DNA of 64,000 nt, taken from the NCBI RefSeq assembly GCF_006345805.1, contig NC_043014.1:46314001-46378000 (forward strand), read 5' to 3'. Positions within the stretch are counted from its first letter, which is position 1; every line of letters begins with the position of its first letter. The notes beneath the pieces are model-generated. The model was not told where the DNA came from. It searched no databases and saw only the letters and a list, made by a program, of their open reading frames with translations. Position numbers and translations under genes: made by a program. The DNA is from Octopus sinensis. Taxonomy: Eukaryota. Positions 49,190 to 62,364 of this stretch are shown in pieces.

Positions 49190-49545
49190 ATCATCATCAT
49201 CATCACCATCATCATCCTCATCACCATCATCATCATCATCATCATCGTCATCGTCACCACCATCGTCATCGTCGACGTCGTCGTCATCATCATCATCGTC
49301 GTCGTCATCATCACCACCACCACCACCATCATCATCGTTGTTGCCGTCATCATCATCATCACCATCATCATCGTCACCATCATCATTATTTTCATCGCCA
49401 TCGTCGTCGTCATCATCATCATCATCGTCATCGTCATCGTCATTCTCCCCCTCATCATCATCATCGACATTGTCATCATCATCATCATCATCATCAACAT
49501 CATCATCATCATCATCATCATCACATCATCATCATCATCATCATT
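49190..49545. repeat. Degenerate (CAT)n/(CGT)n tract
   Basis: Direct reading. Confidence 0.9.
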
Positions 49546-49729
49546 TAACATTTGTTTTCCAGATTGGCATGGATTGGTCATCGGTTTGGCTGGAGTTGGT
49601 CAGCTGATGAGCTTTCCAGACTCCAGTTGTCTGGTTTGGCAGGATTTCTAAGGCTCGATGTCCTTCCTGATGCCAAATACTTTATAAAGTGTGCTGGGTG
49701 CTTCTTACGGGCCAGTGGCACAAGTGTGT

Positions 49730-50320
49730 TTACCTATTTCTTTACTACCCACAAGGGGCTAAACATAGAGGGGGCAAACAAGGACAGACAAAGGGATCAA
49801 ATCGATTACATTGACCCCCAGTGCGAAACTGGTACTTTATTTATCGACCCCGAAAGGATGAAAGGCAAAGTCGACCTGGGCGGAATTTGAACTCAGAATG
49901 TAGCGGCAGACGAAATACCTATTTCTTTACTACCCACAAGGGGCTAAACATAGAGGGGACAAACAAGGACAGACAAAGGGATTAAGTCGATTATATCGAC
50001 CCCACTGCGGAACTGGTACTTTATTTATCGACCTCGAAAGGATGAAAGGCAAAGTCGACCTGGGCGGAATTTGAACTCAGAATGTAGCGGCAGACGAAAT
50101 ACCTATTTCTTTACTACCCACAAGGGGCTAAACATAGAGGGGACAAACAAGGACAGACAAAGGGATTAAGTCGATTATATCGACCCCACTGCGAAACAGG
50201 TACTTAATTTATCGACCCCGAAAGGATGAAAGGCAAAGTCGACCTCGGCAGAATTTGAACTCAAAACGTAACGACAGACAAAATACTGCTAATAATTGTG
50301 TCTGCCAGCTCACTGCCTTT
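49730..50320 (-). mobile_element. SINE family B trimer
   Basis: Three ~185 bp units joined at …aagaaatagg|tatttcgtctgcc…. Confidence 0.9.
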
Positions 50321-50796
50321 TAAATACATTTGTATAGGCTCCAGAATGTTAAGTTTTGCAAACTGCATTCTGACCAATCAGTATGTGGCTTCACTAAATT
50401 ACTGATTGGTGTTTGGTTTAGGTGTCATAGTTTATTGAACATGTCAAGAAACCTGTATTTTGACCCTGGCCAAATTGCATGGCTATTTTTAGAAATGTTG
50501 TAAACAAAATTTTCTAGGGATTTATACATTTCAATTATCAACATCACCATTATCACCACTTTTATTATTGTTGTCATTGGTGAAGGTGGTGGTAGGAGTA
50601 GTTGTGGTAACAGAACTTTAAACCCTAACTAAGATTATTTTTATTAACTTTTGTCTTGACTTAGCTAATATTTCTCATCATGAGAACCTTTAGTATTGTT
50701 GTTGTTGTTAGTGGTAGTGTTCATAGCAGTAGAAATAGTACCTCTAAGTATCAGTAATATTGTTTATTTAGCTTGGGTTGGATATTATCAATAAAG

Positions 50797-51343
50797 GGAT
50801 CTTTTCGGTTTGAACAGCAGTTTTTTCTAGCGGTGTCATATGAAATTGTCACCCATAATTATGACCCTAGTATCGATCTATTGCATTTCAATCTATTTTA
50901 GGGTTAGGGTTAGTTAGGGGTGGGGTGAAGGGTATCTTGTTTTCTTCACAAATGTAAATAAACCCAATCTATTTCTTAAACGAGGGGCATATTCATACAG
51001 CACAGAATGTTGTTTACCTCAATGGACGTCATTGATTGGTTGAAATTGCAGAAATTGAAGAAAAAACAACAAATATCTTACAAACTATAGAATTTTCTCA
51101 ATAAAGCGAAGAGAAAAAGATGTTTTATAAACACATTCTACCAGTATATGAAGTTTAAAAGTTTTAGTTACCTAGATTGGGTTTATTTACATTTGTGAAG
51201 AAAAAAAAGATACCCTTCCCCCCACCCCTAACCCTAACCTAAAACAGATTGAAATGCAATAGATCGATACTAGGGTCATAATTATGGGTGACAATTTCAT
51301 ATGACACCACTACAAAAAACTGCCGGTCAAACCGAAAAGATCC
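50797..51343. mobile_element. Rearranged copy of the 6124-6542 MITE ending in an inverted copy of its own left ~165 bp
   Basis: 50797-51170 is colinear with 6124-6495, and 51174-51343 is the reverse complement of 50797-50965. No TSD. Confidence 0.85.
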
Positions 51344-51854
51344 CAACCCTTTTCTTTCAAACCATTCTTATATGTTAATTCATTACATCCAGTAATAAAT
51401 ATGTTATGACTTATTATGAACGTCTCACAAGTTCTTATTTTTCTTGTCGTTTTACGTACAAGATGGTGACCATTGTAGGTCGTCACATCCTGACATCACT
51501 ACGAAGTTAAAATCATGGTCATTCACACATACAGGCATGTCCTGTATGACCATCGCCTCGCCTGTACTTCTTTGTATCTCCACTGGCACTGGCAACCCCA
51601 TTGGTGCTGGTGCCATGTAAAATGCACCCGTGCCAGTGTCAGGTGGAGATGCACCTTCGCTGGGACAACATAAGAAGCACCCAGTACGCTCTGTTAAGTG
51701 TTTGGTATTAAGAAGAACATCCAGCAGTAGAAATTTGGACGGCTGGAACCTGGTGCTGTCTTCCAGATTGCCAGCTCCTATCGAATTGTCTAACCCATGC
51801 CAACATGGGAAAAGGACGTTAAATGAGGAAGATGGTATGTAGTGATTATATACT

Positions 51855-52290
51855 CTTCACTCTTTTACTTGTTTCAGTCATTTGACTGTGGCCATGCTGG
51901 AGCACTGCCTTTAGTCGAGCAAATCAAACCCAGGACTTATTCTTTGTAAGCCTAGTACTTATTCTATCAGTTTCTTTTGCCAAACCCCTAAGTTACAGGG
52001 ATGTAAACACACCAGCATCGGTTGTCAAGCAATGTTGGGGGACAAACACAAACACATACATCATCATTATCGTTTAATGTCTGCTTTCCATGCTAGCATG
52101 GGTTGGACATATATATATACATATATATGACAGGCTTCTTTCAGTTTCCATCTACCAAATCCACTCACAAGGCTTTGGTTGGCCCGAGGCTATAGTAGAA
52201 AACACTTGCCCAAGATGCCACGCAGTGGGAATGAACCTGGAACCATGTGGTTGGTAAGCAAGCTACTTACCGCACAGCCACTCCTACGCC
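51855..52290 (-). mobile_element. SINE family A copy with an inserted family D tail fragment
   Basis: Reverse complement of the family A consensus, with a family D-like segment at 52060-52110. Confidence 0.85.
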
Positions 52291-52321
52291 TATATATATA
52301 TAATATATATATATATAAGAA

Positions 52322-52700
52322 AGATCCTGGAAGGTGTAGCTCCCAACTTTGGAATTGAAAACTATATCAACCACCAAAATGGACAACACTGCATGATACC
52401 AAAGATCCCATCTTCTCCATCTCAAATAAGGACTCACCCAGTACTCTAACAGCTTGGGTTTCAGGGTCCGCAACAGTTCAGCAGTTTACCAAAAGAACCC
52501 CAGATATTAGCGACATGTAGATGTGGAGGTCTTCAAAGAGAAATCTGGACAAATTTCTATCTGAAATCTCAGATGAACCCACTTAGCGGCTGGAGGCCCA
52601 AGGGAGAGCGGCTCCGCCGAGCTCGCTGCTTCATGTAAAACAATACAGAAATAAAACTGAAACACACTGAAAGGCCGTGCTCCAATTGCCCCTGCCTTTG
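52322..52700 (+). mobile_element. Diverged CR1/L2-group LINE 3' fragment related to 28726-29190
   Basis: Frameshifted ILEGVAPNFGIE…HCMIPKIP…SLGF.GPQQF..LPK…VEVFK..LDKFLSEISDEP. Confidence 0.65.
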
Positions 52701-52739
52701 GGTGAAGCCAATTAAAGATAAAAGACATGCATATATGTA

Positions 52740-52779
<40 letters not shown>

Positions 52780-53029
52780 ACATAAGGGACATTAGCCAAC
52801 TGAATATGGCTAGGGACAGGGCAGGGTGGTGGGGGTGTCACTGTTGCATTTAGCCCCAGGCGAACATCAACGTCACCAGATAGGCCGGGTGACGTTGATG
52901 TTCGCCTGGGGCTAATGCAACAGTGACACCCCCACCACCCTGCCCTGTCCCTAGCCATATTCAGTTGGCTAATGTCCCTTATGTTATGGAGCAGTCACTG
53001 TCTATATCTCATTTAGAGAATTATTATTG

Positions 53030-53065
<36 letters not shown>

Positions 53066-53066
<1 letters not shown>

Positions 53067-53370
53067 TAAATTAGAGATAAAACCACTATTAGGCAAATCA
53101 AACAGTGAAAATCATAAGCCAATATATAGTAAAAAAAATTAATTAAAAAAATATAAATATAAATATAAAAAATATTTTTTATATTTATATTTTATATTTT
53201 TTTAATTAATTTTTTTACTATATATTGGCTTATGATTTTCACTGTTTGATTGCTGCCTAATAGTGGTTTTATCTCTAATTTAATATAATATATATTTATA
53301 CTATAAAATTGGATTAATCCTAAATCTAATTTTTCCTTGTAAGTTTGGATTTACTCCCTAATATTATTAT
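53066..53370. mobile_element. Composite fold-back element with a nearly loop-less ~218 bp palindrome
   Basis: Palindrome 53066-53283 plus module 53298-53370. Confidence 0.8.
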
Positions 53371-53397
53371 TATTATTATTATTATTATTATGATTAT

Positions 53398-53487
<90 letters not shown>

Positions 53488-53576
53488 CAAAGAGCAATCA
53501 GAAATATTAGAAATTTCCATTACCAGCGGCCTGTGTGTAAAAATTTAGTCAATAGATTATTTATTATTCATATAAA

Positions 53577-53848
53577 TACAGTGTACATTTAAACACATAA
53601 GAGGCATCCATCATAGGACTCCTCCTTGCACGCTAGAGAGAACAGTTAAGAAGACTTCGCCGAGCAAATTATTTTATTTGCTAAAAAAAAGTGTGAAACC
53701 ATTGGCCCAGGAGTTAGATGGTAAACGTTTTTATTTTTCATTCTCTTTGAAATGTTATCCCTTATTAATGGTTTGGAATTTAACTGTTCTCTCTAGCGTG
53801 GTAGGAGTCCTATGATGGATGCCTCTTATGTGTTTAAATGTACACTGC
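53577..53848. repeat. Inverted repeat (~70 bp arms, ~130 bp spacer), related to 11290-11430
   Basis: cagtgtacatttaaacacataagaggcatcc…agaacagttaa versus ttaactgttct…ggatgcctcttatgtgtttaaatgtacactg. Confidence 0.8.
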
Positions 53849-54084
53849 ATACATGCATACATCCATAAATACATACATACATACGTACATACATACATAC
53901 GTACATACATACATACGTACTTACATACATACATACATACATACATAAATACATACATACGTACATACATACATACGTACATACGTACATACATACATTC
54001 ATACATACATACATACATACATACATACATACATACATACATACATACATACATACATTCTTGCCACTCCTAAATCAAATATTC

Positions 54085-54665
54085 TCTTCTACTCTTGGCA
54101 CAAGGCCTGAAATTTTGGGGGAGGGGGCGAGTAGATTAGATCGATCCAAGTACGTAATTGGTACTTTATTTATTGACCCCGAAAGGATGAAAGGCAAAGT
54201 CGACCGGGGCGGAATTTGAACTCAGAACGTAAAAACAGACGAAACACCTATTTCTTTACTACCCACAAGGGGCTAAACACAGAGAGGACAAACAAGGACA
54301 GACAAAGGGATTAAGTCGATTATATCGACCCCAGTCCGTACCTGGTACTTATTTAATCGACTCCGAAAGGATGAAAGGTAAAGTCGACCTGGGCGGAATT
54401 TGAACTCAGAACGTAAAACAGACGAAACACCTATTTCTTTATTACCCACAAGGGGCTAAACACAGAGAGGACAAACAAGGACAGACAAAGGGATTAAGTC
54501 GATTACATCGACTCCAGTGTGTAACTGGTACTTAATTTATCGACCCCGAAAGGATGAAAGACAAAGTCGACCTGGGCGGAATTTGAACTCAGAACGTAAA
54601 AACAGACGTTACACACCGCTGAGCATTTCGCCCGGCGTGCTAACGTTACAGCCAGCTCGCCGCCT
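54085..54665 (-). mobile_element. SINE family B trimer
   Basis: Three units with the same junction type as at 49730-50320. Confidence 0.9.
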
Positions 54666-56197
54666 TTAATATGTCAAATATTGTCATTTGCTCGCCTTCC
54701 GCATCTACTTCGTCTTAACTTGACTCGAACTTATGTCATTCTGTTCCCATTCTTTTCAGCGCCAAACCCCAACCATTTTCCCTCCCACGAAACACAACAT
54801 TAACTGCAGACAGACACATTTAACACTGCTCTGGCCGCACATCTCTTTCACTCGCTTGCTCGCTCTCTCACTCTGCCAAGTTAAGCTCCTTTGTCCCACC
54901 ACTATTACCACACACACACAGAGGCATACATACACACGTCCACATCCACATATACTCACACATTCACATCCACGCACACAGACTTTTATTTCACACACAC
55001 TCATTCACAACCACGCACACAACTTTTCTCCCACCACTATTACACACACACTCATACATAGACACGTCCACATTCACATATACACACACACGCACATACT
55101 CATTCACATCCACGCACACAGTCACACACACTTTTCTCCCACCACTATTACACACTCATTCACACACATCCACACACACACAAGCACATACACACACAGA
55201 GTTATACATAGACATATCTACACACACTCATTCACATCCACACACACACACACACACAAACACATGCACACACAGTGTTATACATAGACACATCCACATC
55301 CACACACACACTCATTCACATCCACACACACACAAACACATACACACACAGTGTTATACATAGACACATCCACATCCACACACAAACACACACACACTCA
55401 TTCACATCCACGCACACAGTCACACACACTTTTCGCCCACCACTATTACACACACAGACACACACACACACACACACACACCCACTTATACATAGACACG
55501 TCCACATCCACCTATACACACATCCAGGCACACACAGTCACACACACACTTTTCTTTCCTCGCACTCACACCATCACTCAAGCAGCCTTCTCTCACTTAC
55601 TACGACTACTTCGTGCTCACTCTTTCCTCCTCCCAACACTCCCTCTACAAGCCTACCTCCGCGACCACCACCACCATCACCACCACCACCACCATCACCA
55701 CCACCACCACCATCATCATCAATCTCCCAGACATTGGTCGCTCTCTCACTCACTCACTCACCGGCCGCCGACACAGATGTTTTTCGCTTTTAGTTTCTAT
55801 ATATAACAGGCGTGCGTGTGTATAAAGATAACGGCAGTATTATTACTACACCCAATAATAATAATAATAATAGTAATAATAATAGTAATAATAATAAATT
55901 TTGCATTACTATTGTTGCCAGAAAAGCGACGGATGAGGGGATATCACAGGGACAGATTACAAAAAGTATTGGAGTTTACACTGAGATCGGATGAACCTTT
56001 AACTAACCTGAGCAAGAACAATGTTATAGCAGCTTTCATACCTTTCACTTTTATCTGAAAAAGACTCTCCGGAGACACATAAGCCATACAAGACCATACA
56101 TATTCATTCACATAAACCACAAGACATACATACACACACACACACATATATATATATTTACATTAGTACACACGTACACCTCTGTCTGTCTATCTAC

Positions 56198-56261
<64 letters not shown>

Positions 56262-56369
56262 ATTTCTGTCTATCTTTCTGTCTATCTTTCTGCCTGTCCT
56301 TACATTAAGTATACACACACACACTCATATATCTTTACATTAGTACACACGTACACGCCTATCCATCTG

Positions 56370-56473
<104 letters not shown>

Positions 56474-56486
56474 CCTACCTACCTAC

Positions 56487-56521
<35 letters not shown>

Positions 56522-56871
56522 CCCATCCATCTATCTTTCTGTCTGTCCTTTCATTAAGGACACACACACACACACACAACAGACACATATAAACATAAAC
56601 ACCTAGAAAAACCATTTAGCGTCAACCCCTACGAATTTTGTTCATCTTCAGCATTTTCTTCTCTTCTTCATCGCCAAGACTACTGCTGCTGTTTATCTCA
56701 TCCCCCATCTCCATCACCACCACCACCACCACCACCATCCCCACCACCACCATCATCAACATCATCATCACCACCAACATCATCACCATATAAATCAGTA
56801 ACAATGTTCCCGTCCTGCCGTCTGTAGTAGATGTGGTTCTTTAGCCGGTCTCACCACCTCACATTGCCATC

Positions 56872-56944
56872 ATGGCTGCAAAGATCACCAGATTTCTTGC
56901 CTACTCCTTATTCAGGGTTGTCTTACCGTTAACTCTACTCATAG
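56872..56944 (+). CDS. Probable first coding exon encoding a signal peptide (secreted or membrane protein, unidentified)
   Basis: catcATGG start; MAAKITRFLAYSLFRVVLPLTLLI(G) has a basic N-terminus followed by a hydrophobic stretch; perfect AG|GTAAGT donor, phase 1. Confidence 0.6.
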
Positions 56945-57074
56945 GTAAGTCAATCAACCTTATATATCATTATTATTATTATTATTATTATTTGTTATTA
57001 TTTGTTATTAGGGAACAGTGAAATACCCTGTCGCATTATATATACATACATACACACACACACTCATTCACTCA

Positions 57075-58500
57075 CAGACACACACACACTTCTGTATGTA
57101 TATGTGTTTGTATATATGTGTGGATGTATGTATAATATGTATATATTCGTGGCTGCACATACACATACACTTCTGTATGTATATGTGTGGATGTATGTAT
57201 AATATGTATATATTCGTGGCTGCACATACACATACACTTCTGTATGTATATGTGTGGATGTATGTATAATATGTATATATTCGTAGCTGCACATACACAC
57301 ACACACACTTCTGTATGTATATGTGTTTGTATATATGTGTGGATGTATGTATAATATGTATATATTCGTGGCTGCACATACACACACACTTCTGTATGTA
57401 TATGTGTTTGTATGTATGTGTGGATGTATGTATAATATGTATATATTCGTGGCTGCACATACACATACACACACACTTCTGTATGTATATGTGTGGATGT
57501 ATGTATAATATGTATATATTCGTGGCTGCACATACACATACACACACACACACACACTTCTGTATGTATATGTGTTTGTATATATGTGTGGATGTATGTA
57601 TAATATGTATATATTCGTGGCTGCACATACACATACACACACACACACACTTCTGTATGTATATGTGTTTGTATATATGTGTGGATGTATGTATAATATG
57701 TATATATTCGTGGCTGCACATACACATACACCACACACACACACACACTTCTGTATGTATATGTGTTTGTATATATATGTGTGGATGTATGTATAATATG
57801 TATATATATTCGTGGCTGCACATACACATACACACACACTTCTGTATGTATATGTGTTTGTATATATATGTGGATGTATGTATAATATGTATATATTCGT
57901 GGCTGCACATACACACACACACTTCTGTATGTATATGTGTTTGTATATATGTGTGGATGTATGTATAATATGTATATATTCGTGGCTGCACATACACATA
58001 CACACACACTTCTGTATGTATATGTGTGGATGTATGTATAATAGTATATATTCGTGGCTGCACATACACACACACTTCTGTATGTATATGTGTTTGTATG
58101 TATGTGTGGATGTATGTATAATATGTATATATTCGTGGCTGCACATACACACTTCTGTATGTATATGTGTTTGTATATATGTGTGGATGTATGTATAATA
58201 TGTATATATTCGTGGCTGCACATACACATACACACACACTTCTGTATGTATATGTGTGGATGTATGTATAATATGTATATATTCGTGTTTGTATAATATA
58301 ATATGTGTTTGTATATATGTGTGGATGTATGTATAATATGTATATATTCGTGGCTGCACATACACACACACACAGACACACACACTTCTGTATGTATATG
58401 TGTGGATGTATGTATATATGTATATATTCGTGTTTGTATAATATAATATGTGTTTGTATATATATGTGGATGTATGTATATATATATATTCGTGGCTGTA
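57075..58500. repeat. Compound minisatellite, ~60-85 bp unit, about 16-18 copies
   Basis: Recurrent cttctgtatgtatatgtg…ggatgtatgtataatatgtatatattcgtggctgcacatacac. Confidence 0.95.
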
Positions 58501-58794
58501 ATTTCTTATGTTCACTTCCATTTCTCATGTTCTCGACTATTCAGCCACTATGTTTTTTCACCCCCCTATTTATTTATATATATATTTATTTATATCTGTT
58601 TCATTATTCATTCATTGATTACCTATAATTTCTTCCATTCGTCACCAATCAACCACAAGTCCGTCTCCTTCACAAATCAAGTTTGTTTTGATTTTTTAAG
58701 CAAGGAAACATTTGATATAATATAAAAAATTTGTGCCCCACTTAAGTCTGTTTATATACGTGTTTATATGTCTATGTTAACATAATGATGCAAT

Positions 58795-59643
58795 TGTTAT
58801 ATATGTAAGTTACTGCTCAGGTGTGAATGAATTAAAAGAATTTCCAGGTGTGGATAAATTAGGAGAATTTCTAGGTGTATGGAAAAGCACAACCCTAGAA
58901 TTAAAAGGCTTTTTCTAACAGAAAGCCGATCAAACACAAAACTTTTCGTAAGAAAGAAGACGATTTTATTTCCGTCTTCGAAGCGACTTAGGTTGAGGTG
59001 CAGAAAGGTGCAGCCAAGAATTCAGTACGGCATTGCTCCTTAAACATTTTTCTTTAGCCTTGTCCCTTTTCTTTTTACTCACACCTTTGTTCTTTTTACT
59101 TCAACAATCCCGTATAGTATACAAGACTACTTGGTACCACCCTGCTCTAAGCATAGGTGGTATTTATTTGTTTTTATTGTATGTAGTTACTGCTCAGGTG
59201 TGAATGAATTAGAGAATTTCCAGGTGTGGATAAATTAGAGAATTTCTAGGTGTGTGGAAGCACAACCTAGAATTAAAAGGTTTCCTAACAGAAAGCCGAT
59301 CAAACACAAAACTTTTTGTGAGAAAGAAGACAATTTTATTTCCGTCTTCGAAGCGACTTAGGTTGAGGTGCAGAAAGGTGTAGCCAAGAATTCAGTACAG
59401 CATTGCTCCTTAAACATTTTCCTGGGCCTTGTCCCTTTGTCTTTTTACTTCAACAATCCCGTATAATATACAAGACCACTTGGCACCACCCTGCTCTAAG
59501 CATAGGTGGTACATATTTGTTTTTATTGTAATATACTTATTCATATGTCAATGTCCATTATAAGTATTACTGTTATTCCCCCGTGGTTGTTCTGATTGAG
59601 GTTATCGTGATATTACAGGTAACTTTTCGGAGAAACTATGACA
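58795..59643 (+). mobile_element. LTR-like block containing a ~370 bp direct tandem duplication
   Basis: Units ~58803-59180 and ~59181-59530 are direct repeats. The block starts TGTTAT and ends ATGACA. No TSD found. Confidence 0.4.
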
Positions 59644-61211
59644 AGTAGAAGTATTTGTTCAGCATTTTCTTAATTTTTTATTTTAATTTTTAAAATTCTT
59701 TTCCCATCTGAAGTGCTTATGTTTATGTGTGCGTGTATGTATGTATGTATGTATGTATGTTGGCGGCGGTAAAGAATAGGCACACCACCCGTTTTCGGCG
59801 TAACCCTAACCCTGAACATGGGGTGTGCGTAGTGTTTACCTTCGCCTGTATGTATGTATATATGTATGTATGTATGTACCCTGAACATCGGTTGTGTGTA
59901 TTCTTTACCTTCGCCTGTATGTATGTGTGTGTGTGTGTGTATGTATGTATGCATGTATGTATGTATGTATGTATGCATGTGTATATGCATGCGTGTATTT
60001 ATGTGTGCGTGTGTATGTGTGTGTGTATGTATGTATGTATGCATGCGTGTATGTACGTGTGTGTATGTATATATGTGTGTATAAATATATGTGTATGTCT
60101 GTCTTTTAAAGATTAATATCTAAATAGGTGTCAAAGACTATAGGAAAAAAAAGAAACTGCACAGATGCATCTGTAATCCCAACGGCCCCTTTTGTTCCCC
60201 CAGTGCCCAAATACAATTTCCCCCCGCCCCGCCCACTTTGAGAAGCACTTCTAATTTCAGTATACCGAAAAAAACCTACACTGCATTGTGCACAAGAACG
60301 GATGCAGCAAAGTCGCAGGCACGCTGACACCAAAAAGATTTCGTGTATAACAGAGGGGAGACGGGAGTAGTAGTCTGTAAGAGCACTTATGGTGATAATT
60401 CTTGACTGCTTCCGTTGCCTTGGTAACCGAATTAGCAGAAAGAGGAGAATGTTCCGAAAGCAATCATCGTGAGCCTTAGTAAGAACGGGGTTCCAAAAGT
60501 TTCATAGGGCTGTTGTTTACTTCTGTTATATAGCAGCCGCGGGATTTCTCTCTCTCTGTCCCCCGAACGAAAGGCAGGTTTATTTATTATATGATGACGA
60601 GTGTACGAAGTGTATTTATTGTATTATTGTAGTGAAAACATTGGCGTTGAATGATGTGGATGGAGTGTGTGTGTGTGTGGAAGCTGGGAAGAGATGAGGC
60701 GAGCACACATCGTTGGATGCATGATTGACTGAACACAAATAAACTGAGGAAGAAAGAAAAGAAGTGTAAAAGGAATCACACACACAAAGACACACACATT
60801 TTGGTGTAATACAAGAACGAAGGCTGAAAAGAGTGTCGTGGCGTGTAGGGCCCAGTACAATAATTATGTACAGTGTATGTGAATTTATTAAGGGGTATAA
60901 AATACCCGAGAACGAAGTAGTTGTTTCGATATAACTATCGATTCGAACTGTGCAGACTTTTTTGCTTTTAACTAAATATAAATTTTCGTTATTATAAGCT
61001 GATATTGTTTGCCTTTTCCTTCGTAAATTATAATAATTCTATATTTCTTTTTAGTTAACCCATATATATATATAACTGCGAAGTAATTAAGTATGCTTAA
61101 GTACCGCATATGTGCCGAGTCCACATATACGCGGGTGCACTAAGTACGTATACGCTCTTACACACGCGCAGTTGTATGTATACATAAACATACAGTTATA
61201 TAGATGTGCGT

Positions 61212-61260
<49 letters not shown>

Positions 61261-62042
61261 ATGAAGTCCCTTTCTCTACAGAAAAGGAATCCATCAAATA
61301 GTGGTACAACAATGCACCAATATTTACTGGAAATAGCAGTCGATAATATACGACGCTATAGTAAAGCTTGACTGTATGTATGTATGTATATATATATATA
61401 TATATACATATATATATAATGTGCAGTTGTAAATTGTAAAGCATAACTGTCACTACTACCACAGGAATCTGGAGATTGCATATTTTAATGCAGGAAAGCA
61501 CCAGTTCAATCAGAATGGACATTTAATATTCTATCATTTCATTATTTTATGTTTTGTTTTTGTTTTTCCAGTTTCAGCTCTTGAGCTGTGGCCATGCTGG
61601 GGCACCGCCATTGTGGTGAATGAGTACAGCAGGGATCACCACCCCCTGCCGGAGCCTCGTAGAGCTTTTTTAGGTGTTTTCGCTCAATAAACACACACAA
61701 CGCCCAGTCTGAGAATCGAAACCGCGATCCTGCGACCGCGAGTCCGCTGCCCTAACCACTAGGCCATTGTTATAATAAGATTGTAAATAAAAAGTGAAAA
61801 GCAAAGTTGGAATTTCTTTGAATTATATATACATGTATATTTTGGTGCAAACTGGAAAAATAGAACTCAAAATACGAGTATATATATATATATTTTTATT
61901 CTGCTAATTATACATATATATATATATATATATATTGTCAATAATAACAAAGGGTAAAATTAATTAATTAAGAAGTAATCAGTAATTTCACCAAGTAGAA
62001 TTCGGCATGAAAAAGGACAATTTCACGGTAAACTTAAGTAAT

Positions 62043-62260
62043 ACTTTATAAATTAGGGTTCAGCAAAGATTTGCTTTACCACATACCGAAGTTTAGAAAT
62101 AGCAGCCAAAAAAACCTTAGCTATTTCTTCTACTGCGTGGATTGTTTTCAAGTATTTTGGTTTTTCTGGGAGTCCCTTTTTAAAGTAGGTTTTTTGGTTG
62201 CTATTTCTAAACTTCGGTGTGTGGTAAAGCAAATCTTTGCTAAACCCTAATTATAAAGTA
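62043..62260. repeat. Fold-back palindrome (~75 bp arms) next to (TA)n
   Basis: tactttataattagggttcagcaaagatttgctttaccac…aaaaaacct versus aggttttttgg…gcaaatctttgctaaaccctaattataaagta. Confidence 0.85.
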
Positions 62261-62364
62261 TATATATATATAGTATGAAAGATGAGGAGGGTGGAAGTGA
62301 CTTAACCCTTTTATAATACAAAGTAGCCAGCACTTCGTTAATTTAGCAGTCAGGTGAATACACT

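Noticed and set aside
49604-49625. CUGAUGA motif
   Set aside because: No stem II-GAAA follows, and it lies in a SINE D tail.
55920-56058. Frames EKRRMRGYHRDRLQKVLEF… (+) and MKAAITLFLL|gttagt (-)
   Set aside because: Both strands give plausible but mutually exclusive readings that cannot be resolved from sequence alone. Possibly 5' UTR of the 56872 gene.
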